Source: Eledone cirrhosa (Eukaryota). Taken from it: 64,000 bases of DNA. A model generated the notes under the pieces. The model was given only the letters and a program-made list of their open reading frames with translations, did no database searches and was not told the origin of the DNA. The first letter of the stretch is position 1, and the number at the start of each line of letters is the position of its first letter. The DNA lies in assembly GCA_964016885.1 (NCBI GenBank), contig OZ024742.1, positions 313,100,001-313,164,000 on the forward strand, written 5' to 3'. A program made the position numbers and the translations under genes. Positions 37,670-51,793 of this stretch are shown in pieces.

Positions 37670-37726
<57 letters not shown>

Positions 37727-37742
37727 CATGTATTTATATATA

Positions 37743-37792
<50 letters not shown>

Positions 37793-37952
37793 TATATATA
37801 AATACATGTATATATATTTATAAATACATGTATATATATATATATATATACATATATATATAAATATATATATATATCAGATAGGGTGTAGTAAAAACAG
37901 ATGTAGCTGTCGAAATGGCCAGAGCTCAGCCGTCGGGGTCCTACTCGTTCCT

Positions 37953-37984
<32 letters not shown>

Positions 37985-38380
37985 ATGTGTGTGTGTATAT
38001 ATAGTCACACATTTCAACACAACCTGATCTCAATGTGATAATCGCCACAGACAGACGAATGCGAGAAAGTTCTCCAACCCAAGTTAACCAGGAATCTTTA
38101 AAATTCTTCCCACCGAAGTTAACAAAGAATTACTAGATCTACCAACTCATAATATTGTAATATTATAAAATTAAATCAAACATTTTTTAACACTACAAGT
38201 GAAGTAATTTTTTTCCTTTTTTTTTTTTTTTTTAGTAGAGAATTAGCCGTCGAAACGGCTTGACCTCAGCCGTCGGGGTCCTACTCATTCCTATTACCCA
38301 CTCTACTACCATAAGTATTGAGTACTTTGGTGCGTTATGGTCCACCTGGTTCCTTACCACATTTCCTTCATTATATATAT

Positions 38381-38694
38381 ATCATCATCATTTCATTTTA
38401 CGTCTGGTTTTTCCCTGCTTGCAAGGGTGGGACAGGAACTGATTCTGGCTTGAGTTCTACAGCTGGATGCCCTTCCTAACACCAACCTCATTTACAGTGA
38501 GTGCTGGGTGCTTTTTTGCAGTGGAATGATATGGACCCCAGTCCCTATCATCTCATTTCTACAGCTGAGTAAACTGGAGCAATGTGAAATAAAGTGTCTT
38601 GCTCAAGGAAACAACACATCACCCGGTCTGAGAATTGAACTCACAACCTTTCGATTGCAAGGCCAATGCTCTAAGCACTAAGCCATGTGCCTCC
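38381..38694 (-). mobile_element. tRNA/CORE/RTE-tail SINE
   Basis: Same family as 1225-1603 and 55485-55821. Confidence 0.88.
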
Positions 38695-38867
38695 ATATGT
38701 ATTATGCATGCTTTATTTTTATTGGTCTGTATTAGTTCTCTAATGAAGAAACAAGGTTTCTTTTATTTGATTCCAGACAGATATAATTAGTTAGTTACAT
38801 GCAAAACTTTAGAAAAGTTTTACATATTTTCTCTTCTCTACTTGGAAGATAATTAAACATTTTATCA

Positions 38868-41800
38868 TGAAGGCACATAGCCTAGAAGTTAGGGCTAGGC
38901 TCATGATTATATGGTCATAGGTTCAGTTCCCAGACAGTGTGATGTGTTGAGTCCTTGAACATGAAACTTCCTTTCTCACTGCTCTAGTTTATTTAGCTGA
39001 AAATGAGTACCAGCAACGGCTTAGGGTTAGCTCTGCAATAGACTGGCACTCCATCCAAGGGTTAGTGCTACAACAGGCTGGCTCTCCTTCCAAGGGTTAG
39101 CTCTACAACAGGCTGGCTCTCCTTCCAAGGATTAGCTCTACAACAGACTGGCTCTCCATAAAAGGGCTAGCTCAATAACAGACTGGCTCCCAATCCAAAG
39201 GCTAGCTCTACAACAGACTGGCTCTCCATCCAAAGGCTAGCTCTACAACAGACTGGCTCTCCATCCAAAGGCTAGCTCTACAACAGACTGGCTCTCCATC
39301 CAAAGGCTAGCTCTACAACAGACTGGCTCTCCATCCAAAGGCTAGCTCTACAACAGACTGGCTCTCCATAAAAGGGCTAGCTCTACAACAGACTGGCTCT
39401 CCATCCAAAGGCTAGCTCTACAACAGACTGGCTCTCCATCCAAAGGCTAGCTCTACAACAGACTGGCTCTCCATCCAAAGGCTTGCTCTACAACAGACTG
39501 GCTCTCCATAAAAGGGCTAGCTCTATAACAGACTGGCTCTCCATCAAAGGGCTAGCTCTACAACAGACTGGCTCTCCATCCAAAGGCTAGCTCTACAACA
39601 GACTGGCTCTCCTTCCAAAGGCTAGCTCTACAACAGACTGGCTCTCCATCCAAAGGCTAGCTCTAAAACAGACTGGCTCTCCATCCAAAGGCTAGCTCTA
39701 CAACAGACTGACTCTCCATCCAAAGGCTAGCTCTACAACAGACTGGCTCTCCATAAAAGGGCTAGCTCTATAACAGACTGGCTCTCCATCAAAGGGCTAG
39801 CTCTACAACAGACTGGCTCTCCATCCAAAGGCTAGCTCTACAACAGACTGGCTCTCCTTCCAAAGGCTAGCTCTACAACAGACTGGCTCTCCATCCAAAG
39901 GCTAGCTCTAAAACAGACTGGCTCTCCATCCAAAGGCTAGCTCTACAACAGACTGACTCTCCATCCAAAGGCTAGCTCTACAACAGACTGGCTCTCCATA
40001 AAAGGGCTAGCTCTATAACAGACTGGCTCTCCATCAAAGGGCTAGCTCTACAACAGACTGGCTCTCCATCCAAAGGCTAGCTCTACAACAGACTGGCTCT
40101 CCTTCCAAAGGCTAGCTCTACAACAGACTGGCTCTCCATCCAAAGGCTAGCTCTATAACAGACTGGCTCTCCATCCAAAGGCTAGCTCTACAACAGACTG
40201 GCTCTCCATCCAAAGGCTAGCTCTACAACAGACTGGCTCTCCATCCAAAGGCTAGCTCTACAACAGACTGGCTCTCCATAAAAGGGCTAGCTCTACAACA
40301 GACTGGCACTCCATCCAAAGGCTAGCTCTACAACAGACTGGCTCTCCATCCAAAGGCTAGCTCTACAACAGACTGGCTCTCCATAAAAGGGCTAGCTCTA
40401 CAACAGACTGACTCTCCATCCAAAGGCTAGCTCTACAACAGACTGGCTCGCCATCCAAAGGCTAGCTCTACAACAGACTGGCTCTCCATCCAAGAGATAG
40501 CCCTACAACAGACTGGCTCTCCATCCAAAGGCTAGCTCTACAACAGACTGACTCTCCATCCAAAGGCTAGCTCTACAACAGACTGGCTCTCCATAAAAGG
40601 GCTAGCTCTACAACAGACTGACTCTCCATCCAAAGGCTAGCTCTATAACAGACTGGCTCTCCATCCAAAGGCTAGCTCTACAACAGACTGACTCTCAATC
40701 CAAAGGCTAGCTCTACAACAGACTGACTCTCCATCCAAAGGCTAGCTCTACAACAGACTGGCTCTCCATCCAAGAGCTAGCTCTATAACAGACTGGCTCT
40801 CCATCCAAGGGCTAGCTCTACAACAGACTGACTCTCCATCCAAGGGCTAGCTCTACAACAGACTGGCTCTCCATCCAAAGGCTAGCTCTACAACAGACTG
40901 GCTCTCCATCCAAAGGTTAGCTCTACAACAGACTGACTCTCCATCCAAAGGCTAGCTCTACAACAGACTGACTCTCCATCCAATGGTTAGCTCTACAACA
41001 GACTGGCTCTCCATCCAAAGGTTAGCTCTACAACAGACTGACTCTCCATCCAAAGGCTAGCTCTATAACAGACTGGCTCTCCATCCAAAGGCTAGCTCTA
41101 CAACAGACTGACTCTCCATCCAAGGGCTAGCTCTACAACAGACTGGCTCTCCATCCAAAGGCTAGCTCTATAACAGACTGGCTCTCCATCCAAAGGCTAG
41201 CTCTATAACAGACTGGCTCTCCATCCAAAGGTTAGCTCTACAACAGACTGGCTCTCCATCCAAAGGCTAGCTCTACAACAGACTGGCTCTCCATCCAAAG
41301 GCTAGCTCTATAACAGACTGGCTCTCCATCCAAAGGCTAGCTCTATAACAGACTGGCTCTCCATCCAAAGGCTAGCTCTATAACAGACTGGCTCTCCATC
41401 CAAAGGCTAGCTCTATAACAGACTGGCTCTCCATCCAAAGGCTAGTTCTATAACAGACTGGCTCTCCATAAAAGGGTTAGCTCTACAACAGATTGGCTCT
41501 CCATCCAATGGCTAGCTCTACAACAGACTGGCTCTCCATCCAAAGGCTAGCTCTACAACAGACTGGCTCTCTATCCAAGAGCTAGCTCTACAACAGACTG
41601 GCTCTCTATCCAAGAGCTAGCTCTACAACAGACTGACTCTCCATCCAAAGGCGAGCTCTACAACAGACTGGCTCTCCATAAAAGGGTTAGCTCTACAACA
41701 GATTGGCTCTCCATCCAATGGCTAGCTCTACAACAGACTGGCTCTCCATCCAAAGGCTAGCTCTACAACAGACTGGCTCTCTATCCAAGAGCTAGCTCTA

Positions 41801-44800
41801 TAACAGACTGGCTCTCCATCCAAAGGCTAGTTCTATAACAGACTGGCTCTCCATCCAAAGGCTAGGTCTACAACAGACTGACTCTCCATCCAAAGGCGAG
41901 CTCTACAACAGACTGGCTCTCCATAAAAGGGTTAGCTCTACAACAGATTGGCTCACCATCCAAAGGCTAGCTCTACAACAGACTGGCTCTCCATCCAAAG
42001 GCTAGCTCTACAACAGACTGGCTCTCCATCCAAAGGTTAGCTCTACAACAGACTGGCTCGCCATCCAAAGGCTAGCTCTACAACAGACTGGCTCTCCATC
42101 CAAGAGCTAGCTCTATAACAGACTGGCTCTCCATCAAAGGGCTAGCTCTACAACAGACTGGCTCTCCATCCAAAGGCTAGCTCTACAACAGACTGGCTCT
42201 CCATCCAAAGGCTAGCTCTACAACAGACTGGCTCTCCATCCAAAGGCTAGCTCTACAACAGACTGGCTCTCCATCCAAAGGTTAGCTCTACAACAGACTG
42301 GCTCTCCATCCAAAGGCTAGCTCTACAACAGACTGGCTCTCCATCCAAGAGCTAGCTCTACAACAGACTGGCTCTCCATCCAAAGGTTAGCTCTACAACT
42401 GACTGGCTCTCCATCCAAAGGCTAGCTCTACAACAGACTGGCTCTCCATCCAAAGGCTAGCTCTACAACAGACTGGCTCTCCATCCAAAGGTTAGCTCTA
42501 CAACAGACTGGCTCTCCATCCAAAGGCTAGCTCTACAACAGACTGGCTCTCCATCCAAAGGTTAGCTCAACAACAGACTGGCTCTCCATCCAAAGGCTAG
42601 CTCTACAACAGACTGGCTCTCCATCCAAAGGCTAGCTCTACAACAGACTGGCTCTCCATCCAAAGGTTAGCTCAACAACAGACTGGCTCTCCATCCAAAG
42701 GCTAGCTCTACAACAGACTGGCTCTCCATCCAAAGGCTAGCTCTACAACAGACTGGCTCTCCATAAAAGGGCTAGCTCTACAACAGACTGGCTCTCCATC
42801 CAAAGGTTAGCTCTACAACAGACTGGCTCTCCATCCAAAGGCTAGCTCTACAACAGACTGGCTCTCCATCCAAAGGTTAGCTCAACAACAGACTGGCTCT
42901 CCATCCAAAGGCTAGCTCTGCAACAGACTGGCTCTCCATCCAAGAGCTAGCTCTACAACAGACTGGCTCTCCATCCAAAGGCTAGCTCTATAACAGACTG
43001 GCTCTCCATCCAAAGGCTAGCTCAACAACAGACTGGCCCTCCATCCAAGGGCTAGCTCTATAACAGACTGGCTCTCCATCCAAAGGCTAGCTCTACAACA
43101 GACTGGCTCTCCATCCAAAGGCTAGCTCTATAACAGACTGGCTCTCCATCCAAAGGCTTGCTCTATAACAGACTGGCTCTCCATCCAAAGGCTAGCTCTA
43201 CAACAGACTGGCTCTCCATCCAAAGGTTAGCTCTACAACAGACTGGCTCTCTATCCAAGAGCTAGCTCTACAACAGACTGGCTCTCCATCCAAAGGCTAG
43301 CTCTACAACAGACTGGCTCTCCATCCAAAGGCTAGCTCTACAACAGACTGGCTCTCTATCCAATGGCTAGCTCTACAACAGACTGGCTCTCCATCCAAAG
43401 GCTAGCTCTACAACAGACTGGCTCTCCATAAAAGGGCTAGCTCTACAACAGACTGGCTCTCCATCCAAGAGCTAGCTCTACAACAGACTGGCTCTCCATC
43501 CAAAGGCTAGCTCTACAACAGACTGGCTCTCCATCCAAAGGCTAGCTCTACAACAGACTGGCTCTCCATCCAAAGGCTAGCTCTACAACAGACTGGCTCT
43601 CCATAAAAGGGCTAGCTCTACAACAGACTGGCTCTCCATCCAAGAGCTAGCTCTACAACAGACTGGCTCTCCATAAAAGGGCTAGCTCTACAACAGACTG
43701 GCTCTCCATCCAAGAGCTAGCTCTACAACAGACTGGCTCTCCATCCAAAGGCTAGCTCTACAACAGACTGGCTCTCCATCCAAAGGCTAGCTCTACAACA
43801 GACTGGCTCTCCATCCAAAGGCTAGCTCTACAACAGACTGGCTCTCCATCCAAAGGCTAGCTCTACAACAGACTGGCTCTCCATCCAAGAGCTAGCTCTA
43901 CAACAGACTGGCTCTCCATCCAAAGGTTAGCTCTACAACAGACTGGCTCTCCATCCAAAGGCTAGCTCTACAACAGACTGGCTCTCCATCCAAAGGCTAG
44001 CTCTATAACAGACTGGCTCTCCATCCAAAGGCTAGCTCTACAACAGACTGGCTCTCCATCCAAAGGCTAGCTCTGCAACAGACTGGCTCTCCATCCAAAG
44101 GCTAGCTCTGCAACAGACTGGCTCTCCATCCAAAGGTTAGCTCTACAACAGACTGGCTCTCCATCCAAAGGTTAGCTCTACAACAGACTGGCTCTCCATC
44201 CAAAGGTTAGCTCTACAACAGACTGGTTCTCCATCCAAAGGCTAGCTCTACAACAGACTGGCTCTCCATCCAAGGGCTAGCTCTACAACAGACTGGCTCT
44301 CCATCCAAAGGCTAGCTCTACAACAGACTGGCTCTCCATCCAAAGGTTAGCTCTACAACAGACTGGCTCTCCATCCAAAGGTTAGCTCTACAACAGACTG
44401 GCTCTCCATCCAAAGGCTAGCTCTACAACAGACTGGCTCTCCATCCAAAGGCTAGCTCTATAACAGACTGGCTCTCCATCCAAAGGTTAGCTCTACAACT
44501 AACTGGCTCTCCATCCAAAGGCTAGCTCTATAACAGACTGGCTCTCCATCCAAAGGTTAGCTCTACAACTGACTGGCTCTCCATCCAAAGGCTAGCTCGA
44601 TAACAGACTGGCTCTCCATCCAAAGGTTAGCTCTACAACTGACTGGCTCTCCATCCAAAGGCTAGCTCTATAACAGACTGGCTCTCCATCCAAAGGCTAG
44701 CTCGATAACAGACTGGCTCTCCATCCAAAGGTTAGCTCTACAACTGACTGGCTCTCCATCCAAAGGCTAGCTCTACAACTGACTGGCTCTCCATCCAAAG

Positions 44801-47800
44801 GCTAGCTCTATAACAGACTGGCTCTCCATCCAAAGGTTAGCTCTACAACTGACTGGCTCTCCATCCAAAGGCTAGCTCTGCAACAGACTGGCTCTCCATC
44901 CAAGAGCTAGCTCTACAACAGACTGGCTCTCCATCCAAAGGCTAGCTCAACAACAGACTGGCCCTCCATCCAAGGGCTAGCTCTATAACAGACTGGCTCG
45001 CCATCCAAAGGCTAGCTCTACAACAGACTGGCTCTCCATCCAAAGGCTAGCTCTACAACAGACTGGCTCTCCATCCAAAGGCTAGCTCTATAACAGACTG
45101 GCTCTCCATCCAAAGGCTAGCTCTACAACAGACGGGCTCTCCATCCAAAGGTTAGCTCTACAACAGACTGGCTCCCTATCCAAGAGCTAGCTCTACAACA
45201 GACTGGCTCTCCATCCAAAGGCTAGCTCTACAACAGACTGGCTCTCCATCCAAAGGCTAGCTCTACAACAGACTGGCTCTCCATCCAAAGGCTAGCTCTA
45301 CAACAGACTGGCTCTCCATCCAAAGGCTAGCTCTACAACAGACTGGCTCTCTATCCAATGGCTAGCTCTACAACAGACTGGCTCTCCATCCAAAGGCTAG
45401 CTCTACAACAGACTGGCTCTCCATCCAAAGGCTAGCTCTATAACAGACTGGCTCTCCATCCAAAGGCTAGCTCTATAACAGACTGGCTCTCCATCCAAAG
45501 TCTAGCTCTACAACAGACTGGCTCTCCATCCAAAGGCTAGCTCTATAACAGACTGGCTCTCCATCCAAAGGCTAGCTCTACAACAGACTGGCTCTCCATC
45601 CAAAGGCTAGCTCTATAACAGACTGGCTCTCCATCCAAGGGCTAGCTCTACAACAGACTGGCTCTCCATCCAAGGGCTAGCTCTATAACAGACTGGCTCT
45701 CCATCCAAAGGCTAGCTCTACAACAGACTGGCTCTACATCCAAGGGCTAGCTCTACAACAGACTGGCTCTCCATCCAAGGGCTAGCTCTACAACAGACTG
45801 GCTCTCCATCCAAAGGTTAGCTCTACAACAGACTGGCTCTCCATCCAAAGGTTAGCTCTACAACAGACTGACTCTCCATCCAAAGGTTAGCTCTATAACA
45901 GACTGGCTCTCAATCCAAAGGCTAGCTCTACAACAGACTGGCTCTCCATCCAAAGGCTAGCTCTACAACAGACTTACTCTCCATCCAAAGGTTAGCTCTA
46001 CAACAGACTGGCTCTCCATCCAAGGGCTAGCTCTACAACAGACTGGCTCTCCTTCCAAAGGCTAGCTCTACAACAGACTAGCTCTCCATCCAAAGGCTAG
46101 CTCTACAACAGACTGACTCTCCATCCAAAGGTTAGCTCTATAACAGACTGGCTCTCCATCCAAAGGCTAGCTCTACAACAGACTAGCTCTCCATCCAAAG
46201 GCTAGCTCTACAACAGACTTACTCTCCACCCAAAGGTTAGCTCTACAACAGACTGGCTCTCCATCCAAAGGCTAGCTCTACAACAGACTTACTCTCCATC
46301 CAAAGGCTAGCTCTATAACAGACTGGCTCTCCATCCAAAGGCTAGCTCTATAACAGACTGGCTCTCCATCCAAAGGCTAGCTCTATAACAGACTGGCTCT
46401 CCATCCAAAGGCTAGTTCTATAACAGACTGGCTCTCCATAAAAGGGTTAGCTCTACAACAGATTGGCTCTCCATCCAATGGCTAGCTCTACAACAGACTG
46501 GCTCTCCATCCAAAGGTTAGCTCTACAACAGACTGACTCTCCATCCAAAGGTTAGCTCTATAACAGACTGGCTCTCAATCCAAAGGCTAGCTCTACAACA
46601 GACTGGCTCTCCATCCAAAGGCTAGCTCTACAACAGACTTACTCTCCATCCAAAGGTTAGCTCTACAACAGACTGGCTCTCCATCCAAAGGCTAGCTCTA
46701 CAACAGACTAGCTCTCCATCCAAAGGCTAGCTCTACAACAGACTTACTCTCCACCCAAAGGTTAGCTCTACAACAGACTGGCTCTCCATCCAAAGGCTAG
46801 CTCTACAACAGACTTACTCTCCATCCAAAGGCTAGCTCTACAACAGACTGGCTCTCTATCCAAGAGCTAGCTCTATAACAGACTGGCTCTCCATCCAAAG
46901 GCTAGCTCTACAACAGACTGACTCTCCATCCAAAGGTTAGCTCTACAACAGACTGGCTCTCCATCCAAAGGTTAGCTCTACAACAGACTGACTCTCCATC
47001 CAAAGGTTAACTCTATAACAGACTGGCTCTCCATCCAAAGGCTAGCTCTACAACAGACTGACTCTCCATCCAAAGGTTAGCTCTACAACAGACTGGCTCT
47101 CCATCCAAAGGTTAGCTCTACAACAGACTGACTCTCCATCCAAAGGTTAGCTCTATAACAGACTGACTCTCCATCCAAAGGTTAGCTCTATAACAGACTG
47201 GCTCTCCATCCAAAGGCTAGCTCTACAACAGACTGACTCTCCATCCAAAGGTTAGCTCTACAACAGACTGTCTCTCCATCCAAATGTTAGCTCTACAACA
47301 GACTGACTCTCCATCCAAAGGTTAGCTCTATAACAGACTGACTCTCCATCCAAAGGTTAGCTCTATAACAGACTGGCTCTCCATCCAAAGGCTAGCTCTA
47401 CAACAGACTAACTCTCCATCCAGAGGTTAGCTCTACAACAGACTGGCTCTCCATCCAAAGGTTAGCTCTACAACAGACTGGCTCTCTATCCAAAGGTTAG
47501 CTCTACAACAGACTGACTCTCCATCCAAAGGTTAGCTCTATAACAGACTGACTCTCCATCCAAAGGTTAGCTCTATAACAGACTGGCTCTCCATCCAAAG
47601 GCTAGCTCTACAACAGACTGACTCTCCATCCAAAGGTTAGCTCTACAACAGACTGGCTCTCCATCCAAAGGTTAGCTCTACAACAGACTGACTCTCCATC
47701 CAAAGGTTAGCTCTTTAACAGACTGGCTCTCCATCCAAAGGCTAGCTCTACAACAGACTGACTCTCCATCCAAAGGTTAGCTCTTTAACAGACTGGCTCT

Positions 47801-48030
47801 CCATCCAAAGGCTAGCTCTACAACAGACTGACTCTCCATCCAAAGGTTAGCTCTACAACAGACTGGCTCTCCATCCAAAGGTTAGCTCTACAACAGACTG
47901 ACTCTCCATCCAAAGGTTTGTTCTATAACAGACTAGCTCTCCATCCAAGGGTTAGTGTTGTGCCCTTGGTTTAATGCCTATGAAATTAGAATAAGCTCCG
48001 TGCTTCATCCTGTTTGGGAAAACACAAGTA
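38868..48030 (+). mobile_element. tRNA-head CORE-type SINE split by amplification of an internal 35-bp segment
   Basis: Head and core at 38868-39060; remainder (ATAAGCTCCG...) resumes after 47955. Confidence 0.65.
39025..47955. repeat. 35-bp satellite, ~255 copies, consensus GCTAGCTCTACAACAGACTGGCTCTCCATCCAAAG
   Basis: Direct reading; constant unit length, point variants only, no spacers. Confidence 0.98.
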
Positions 48031-48339
48031 AAAATGATAACTCATAACACATTTAACCTTTTTATGACTGTATTTCTAATGAAATATATTTTATTTCACT
48101 TAATTAATGAAGAAATTTGAAAGATTTATGAAAATTATTAATTATTTCACAATTAAGATAGTAACTTAACATATGGTTCCTACATAGTGATGAGTTTTCT
48201 CACTTTTATATGTATTCAAATACACTCTTCGTCTCAGAGACAACATTGTTTTTACATTTATATTGAAAGAATTTATTTTGAATAGGAACCCTTTAAAATG
48301 GATGGTTTTTCTTCATAGAACATGGGCTGGTATCTAACC

Positions 48340-48945
48340 TTGGTAGGATTGGGACTCAGAATGTAAGGGGCTGTAATTCTTTGCCACGAAGCATGATGTT
48401 CGACGCTCTACCAATTCTGCCAATTCCAAATAATTGTTTCTACCTTTGGCACAAGGCCAGCAATTATCCCAGTACATTACTGGTACTTTATTTTATCGAC
48501 CCCGTAAAGATGAAAGGCAAAGTTAACCTCTGCCAACTTACCACCAAATAATTGTTTCTACTTTTGGCACAAGGCCAACAATTACTCAGTACATTACTGG
48601 TACTTTATTTTATTGACCCTGTAAGGATGAAAGGCAAAGATAACCTCAGCGGGATTTGAACTGAGACCGAAAAGGGACATAACTATGCTGGAAAGCATGG
48701 CATCCGACCCTCTACCGGTACTGCCAATGGTGGTAAGTTGACAGAAATGGAATATCTTTGGATGAAGTGCCTTGTGACATATAGTTATATCCCTTTAAAT
48801 TCTGAATTCAAATCCTGTTGGGGGGGGGGGGGCATTCTTCTAGGGATCATGAAACAGGTAGCACTGATGTACTGGTCTTGATTTAATCACCCTTACCTCT
48901 CTTTTACATTATTTGTGGATTTGTGCTAATGTAAGAAATCAATAT
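48340..48945. mobile_element. Cluster of Deu/Nin-like SINE copies (three minus-strand pieces, one degenerate plus)
   Basis: GGTACTTTATTTTATCGACCCCGTAA..GATGAAAGGC repeated. Confidence 0.75.
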
Positions 48946-50229
48946 AATTGTTTAAATAATTGATAATGTAATCAAGAACATAGATCTTATATAGGTAAAA
49001 TCTAAATATATATAACTAGCATATAGAAGAAGCTGCAGGTTCTGAAATAATTGTTCATAAATGTTTTCTATTTATGGTGGCTTTGAATGTGACATTTCTG
49101 TCCACTTGGCAACTAACTTTCATAACACAACACATCTTTTCTTTCTAGAAGAACTTATCAGTTCCATTGTATTTGCATTTGATTGACATTTTAATTAGAA
49201 TGTTTCACCAATATTTCTAATGCTGAAAAGTATAGAGGTATTCAGCAATCAGTGGTATTTCTAATACTGCCTCTAGGGCAGTCTTTTCTATAGATGTCAT
49301 TGTAGATTGATTTTGCGATAACATCCTGACTCAATCATAGAAAGGTTACATTTTGATGGCATATTGGTTTAGCTGTTGATTGAGTTAGGTTTTCCGAGCA
49401 GATTTTGCACAGTTAACATTTCTTCTTATATATATTTTCAGAGTTTAGATGTTTGTTTATCTTCTTTTGGTTATAGGGTATTCTATATTTACTTTATGTT
49501 TCTAGATTTTGAAGTTACATTGTTTGAAATGTAACATGATATAATAATGATATCCAATATCCATGTGAAGTAACTTTACATAGTCAATATTGGCTTCATT
49601 TTCAGAGCATAAAGGATTCATATTCATACATAACCATTCCCCACTCCCATATATTGCACATTTCTCCTTTCCCAGTCATTTTAAAGATAAATCTGTTGTA
49701 TGCTGTGGCATGGAACATCATTAATATGCTTTGAATTATATTTTGATGAGTTTGCTCCTACTTCTCCTAATGTTTTAAACTTTTTAGAAATACCTTCAAT
49801 GGTTTTCCTGCATTAACCATGAACATCTAATGATCCAGAAAAAAATATCTAAAAATGTGTTTGTCAATTCAAATGTTTATAATATCTTTCTTAGTAAACA
49901 CATCTTTGTTAAAATTTGCAGTATTAGAGTAAAGACAGTAATTTTAAATGTGGTGCAGTTTCATACAGTTGTCTTCTACTTTTCAAAGAATGTCTTTCAA
50001 ATGTGGCTACTTGCAGTACAGGATGTTAAGAGATAAAATATTGGTATTGTCTACATATAGTAGTGATACAACATCTGAAGATTCTAAATCACTGAAGATA
50101 TTGATATGAACATTGAAATATATATATTCTTTATCACATGACTAAATCACTGGAGTAATTGTAGTGTCCATACTGAGGGTGATGTAAGGAAGCTATCCTC
50201 CAACAAAAGATCTGATCTGTGGATAATAA

Positions 50230-50665
50230 TTTTGGTCTAAATGTAGTCATCCTGGTCTGAATGTAGTCATTCTAATTTCAATGTGGAAAACTTGGACTGA
50301 ATGTAGTTATTTTGGCCTGAACTTGGACATCTTAGTCTGAATTAAATCATTTTGGTCTGAATGTAATCATCCTGGTCTGAATTTGGTCTGAAGGTGACCA
50401 TTCTAGTCTCAATGTGTTCCTCTCTGTGTGATTGTGGTCATCTTGGACTGAATGTGGCCATTCTAGTCAAGTCTCAATGTGGTAATTTTTGTCTAATTGT
50501 GGTCACCCTGGACTAAATGTGATGATCTTAGTCAGATTGTGGTCATCTTGGTCAGATTGTGGTCTTCTTGGTCTGGATCTGGTCATCTTGGTCTGGATGA
50601 GGTCATCTTGTTCTGGATGTGGTCATCCTACTCCGAATGTGGTCAAGTGGTCATGTGGTCATGGA
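50230..50665. repeat. Degenerate ~20-bp minisatellite (TGTGGTCATCTTGGTCTGAA-like)
   Basis: Direct reading. Confidence 0.75.
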
Positions 50666-51793
50666 ATATACCTACAAAATGCAATGAAAATTAAAACAAA
50701 ATGTTATGACATAATTCTTATTTGTTTCAACATTACATACAATCATTACATGTAATGTTGTATATTAGATATATATTTTCTATGCTAGGTGTTTCTAGAT
50801 TATTGGCAGATTCCTTAGAATGTGGAAAAACATGTCTTATGGTATTTGTTCTAATTTTCTACACTGAGTTCAAATCCTGCCAAGGTTAACTTTGTATTTC
50901 ATCTCAGAGTTGATAAAATAAAGCACCGGTCCAGAATAGTGGATTAATCAAACTTTTGGAGCACCAGGCAAGATACTGTTGGATATTTCTTCTGGCTCTT
51001 TGTATTCTGAGTTCAACTCTTGATGTAGCCTACTTGGGTGGTAGACTTAATCCTTTAGCATTTACATTGCTCTATATACATTGTTGTATTTTCATGGTAA
51101 AGGCTTTATCTTACACAATTATCTCTCATAATATCGAATCTATGAGATTTTGATATTATTTATTTTGAGAACAATATCTTAACATCAGTATGAGTAGCCA
51201 GTTATGATCAGTTTGAACAGAAAGAGGTGAGAGAATTCTGGCCGGATCTGACCTGTTTCGATGCTAAAGGGTTAATCAATTACCTGGTTTAACACCAACA
51301 TCTGGCCTTTAGGGTGCATTTAATGGAGTCCTTTCTGTTGCAAGAATTCAAGCTAGGTTTCTGGTTTGAGGATTCCTTCTGCCCTCCTCCTCACTAGTCC
51401 CAGAGGCCTTGAAAAGAGCCATAACCACTGCATTTTCCTCAGTAACTAAACTGCAAATAAATAAATAAATAAATAAATCATACCAGCTATTGTTTATTTT
51501 ACATTTAAAATGTTAACTAAAATAAAATCAAAAGTCAAATTCTTTGAGTACCAATACAAGGTTTCCATTATGGAGTAATATTTTCTAATTTTACATAGTA
51601 ATCTTCATAATTAATTTTTGGATTTAAAATTATTTCTTTATTGTTAGCCCTTTTCATACCAACACCTGAAACCAACCCTTGTTCTACTATACAAAACTGT
51701 TTAAAGTGTTATATTTATCTCAAAACCTATTTTCTGTAAGAATCCTTTTTATGTTATGCTCCAAATGCCAGTTCAGTAATAAGAAAGTTAGTT

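Noticed and set aside
39025-47955. 35-bp array as a CRISPR array
   Set aside because: Head-to-tail monomers with no unique spacers, no cas genes, eukaryotic context
50075-50100. CTGAAGA twice as hammerhead cores
   Set aside because: No correctly placed stem II, GAAA and stem III
49030-50180. Possible ancient RT or transposon coding remnant
   Set aside because: Too degenerate to assign motifs by eye; only a short match to ~27640-27810
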